Shown here piece by piece: positions 29,074 to 29,965 of a stretch of DNA of 29,965 nt. Location of the stretch: positions 1-29,965 of the forward strand of contig JAUQYZ020000177.1 in assembly GCA_030587475.2 (NCBI GenBank). The letters are read 5' to 3'. This DNA is from Candidatus Sigynarchaeum calidifontis (GTDB taxonomy: Archaea > Asgardarchaeota > Lokiarchaeia > Sigyniarchaeales > Sigyniarchaeaceae). A program made the position numbers and the translations under genes. Below the pieces are notes generated by a model, which saw only the letters and a list, made by a program, of their open reading frames with translations, did not search any database and had not been told where the DNA came from. Each line of letters begins with the position of its first letter. Position 1 is the first letter of the stretch.

Positions 29074-29143
29074 CAAGCATTTCCAGCCATCGACGAGATA
29101 AAAGCCCAGCGTGCAAACGATGAATATTGCAGAATACAACCAT

Positions 29144-29326
29144 TCAACAAACGAGCGGGAATCCGCATTTCTTGCACGTGGTTTCGAGCTTGTCGTACCA
29201 GCGGTAGCAATGCACGCATTGGAGCCGGCCGCAAGAAGGACAAGCATAGTTCACGGGACGTTTCCCGCAAGCTGGGCACGTGCTGCTCGGCTCGTTCCTT
29301 GGCCGCTTCTTTCCCAACTTCATCAT
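29144..29326 (-). CDS. 60-aa C4C4 RING-like zinc-finger protein
   Basis: C-x2-C-x8-C-x2-C-x4-C-x2-C-x10-C-x2-C with a basic N-terminus. It fills an otherwise empty gap between genes. Confidence 0.7.
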   Translation of the reverse strand: MMKLGKKRPRNEPSSTCPACGKRPVNYACPSCGRLQCVHCYRWYDKLETTCKKCGFPLVC

Positions 29327-29353
29327 CGCTCCGCACTACAATCCGTCGCATCC

Positions 29354-29361
29354 TTTATCAA
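29354..29361. promoter_or_regulatory. TATA-like element between divergent genes
   Basis: TTTATC ends 25 nt before ATG 29384 and lies about 28 nt from the divergent ATG 29326. Confidence 0.45.
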
Positions 29362-29383
29362 ACTGATGGACATACAATCCATC

Positions 29384-29965
29384 ATGGTAGAGGTTAACGG
29401 CATTAATATCACCAAGCACGAGTTCAAGGTCGGGACCAAGCAGATGTTCTTGCTGGCTGGTGAATGCCATTATTTCCGCATCAAGCCGGAAGAATGGAAC
29501 GACCGGCTAGGCCAGTTGAAGGAAATGGGTGCCAACGCGGTGAGCACGTATGTCCCGTGGAACTGGCACGAGGAATACAAGGGACGGTTCGATTTCAGCT
29601 CGCCAGAGAAGGACCTGAACGCGTTCTTGGAAGCTTGCGAGCTGTACCGGTTCAAGGTGCTCATCCGGCCTGGTCCTTGGATATGCAGCGAGTGGCACAA
29701 CGGGGGCATTCCTGGCTGGTTGTTCGACGAGCACCCGGAGATCTTGTGCACGAACGACGAGGGCAAGACCTCCCCGTGGAACACGCTGAAATCCCCTCCC
29801 GTTTCGTACCTCCACCCGGTCTACCTGGATCATGTCAAGAAGTGGTACACGGCCGTCGTCCCGATCATCAAGGCTCACGAGCACCCGCGGGGTGGCATCA
29901 ATCTCGTGCAACACGACAACGAGATATCATTCGGGTTCAACAAGTGGCTCTGGTCGGTCGACTAT
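29384..29965 (+). CDS. Glycoside hydrolase family 35 (beta-galactosidase-like), 3'-truncated by window edge; absent from the ORF track
   Basis: Translated by hand: MVEVNG...LAGECHYFRI..EEWNDRL..LKEMGANAVSTYVPWNWHE...RPGPWICSEWHNGGIPGWL...LVQHDNE (acid/base Glu). Confidence 0.93.
   Translation, partial: MVEVNGINITKHEFKVGTKQMFLLAGECHYFRIKPEEWNDRLGQLKEMGANAVSTYVPWNWHEEYKGRFDFSSPEKDLNAFLEACELYRFKVLIRPGPWICSEWHNGGIPGWLFDEHPEILCTNDEGKTSPWNTLKSPPVSYLHPVYLDHVKKWYTAVVPIIKAHEHPRGGINLVQHDNEISFGFNKWLWSVDY

Noticed and set aside
29074-29247. N-terminal extension of the ceramidase-like ORF that looks like a signal/TM segment
   Set aside because: It overlaps the 60-aa Zn-finger gene. Family similarity starts at MCAYRIG and a TATA-like box sits 24 nt before 29073.
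1-29965. CRISPR arrays, tRNA/rRNA genes, transposases, integrases or defence systems
   Set aside because: None recognised by eye. Intergenic gaps are short (mostly under 160 bp) and lack periodic repeats or cloverleaf motifs.

Overview
Gene-dense, GC-rich archaeal window. It is most likely from an Asgard archaeon (Lokiarchaeia/Sigynarchaeia-like); this is an inference from two Loki-CTERM-type tails (GVPGY/GVDGY + TM helix + basic end), an ACT regulator-hom pair, a stand-alone mtrH and TATA-like boxes about 24-27 nt before start codons. Gene order: uvrB 3' end, a radical SAM/SPASM gene, uvrA; hom plus its ACT regulator; a beta-propeller/multi-TM protein; a flippase-like protein; a chimeric 7TM-longin::PKD gene with a decayed tail; a Zn-finger protein; an alpha/beta hydrolase; an AIR-synthase-like protein; a surface protein frameshifted at an A7 tract; a Zn-ribbon membrane protein; mtrH; acyP. 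The right third is an ~11 kb glycoconjugate-catabolism-like block: membrane protein, heparinase II/III-family lyase, sugar isomerase TIM barrel, MFS and GPH transporters, a full-length TMEM62-like metallophosphoesterase, a neutral-ceramidase-like protein, a 60-aa C4C4 RING-like protein and a GH35 glycosidase that runs off the window end. No rRNA, tRNA, CRISPR array or transposase was recognised. All family calls come from motif recognition by eye, not database searches.
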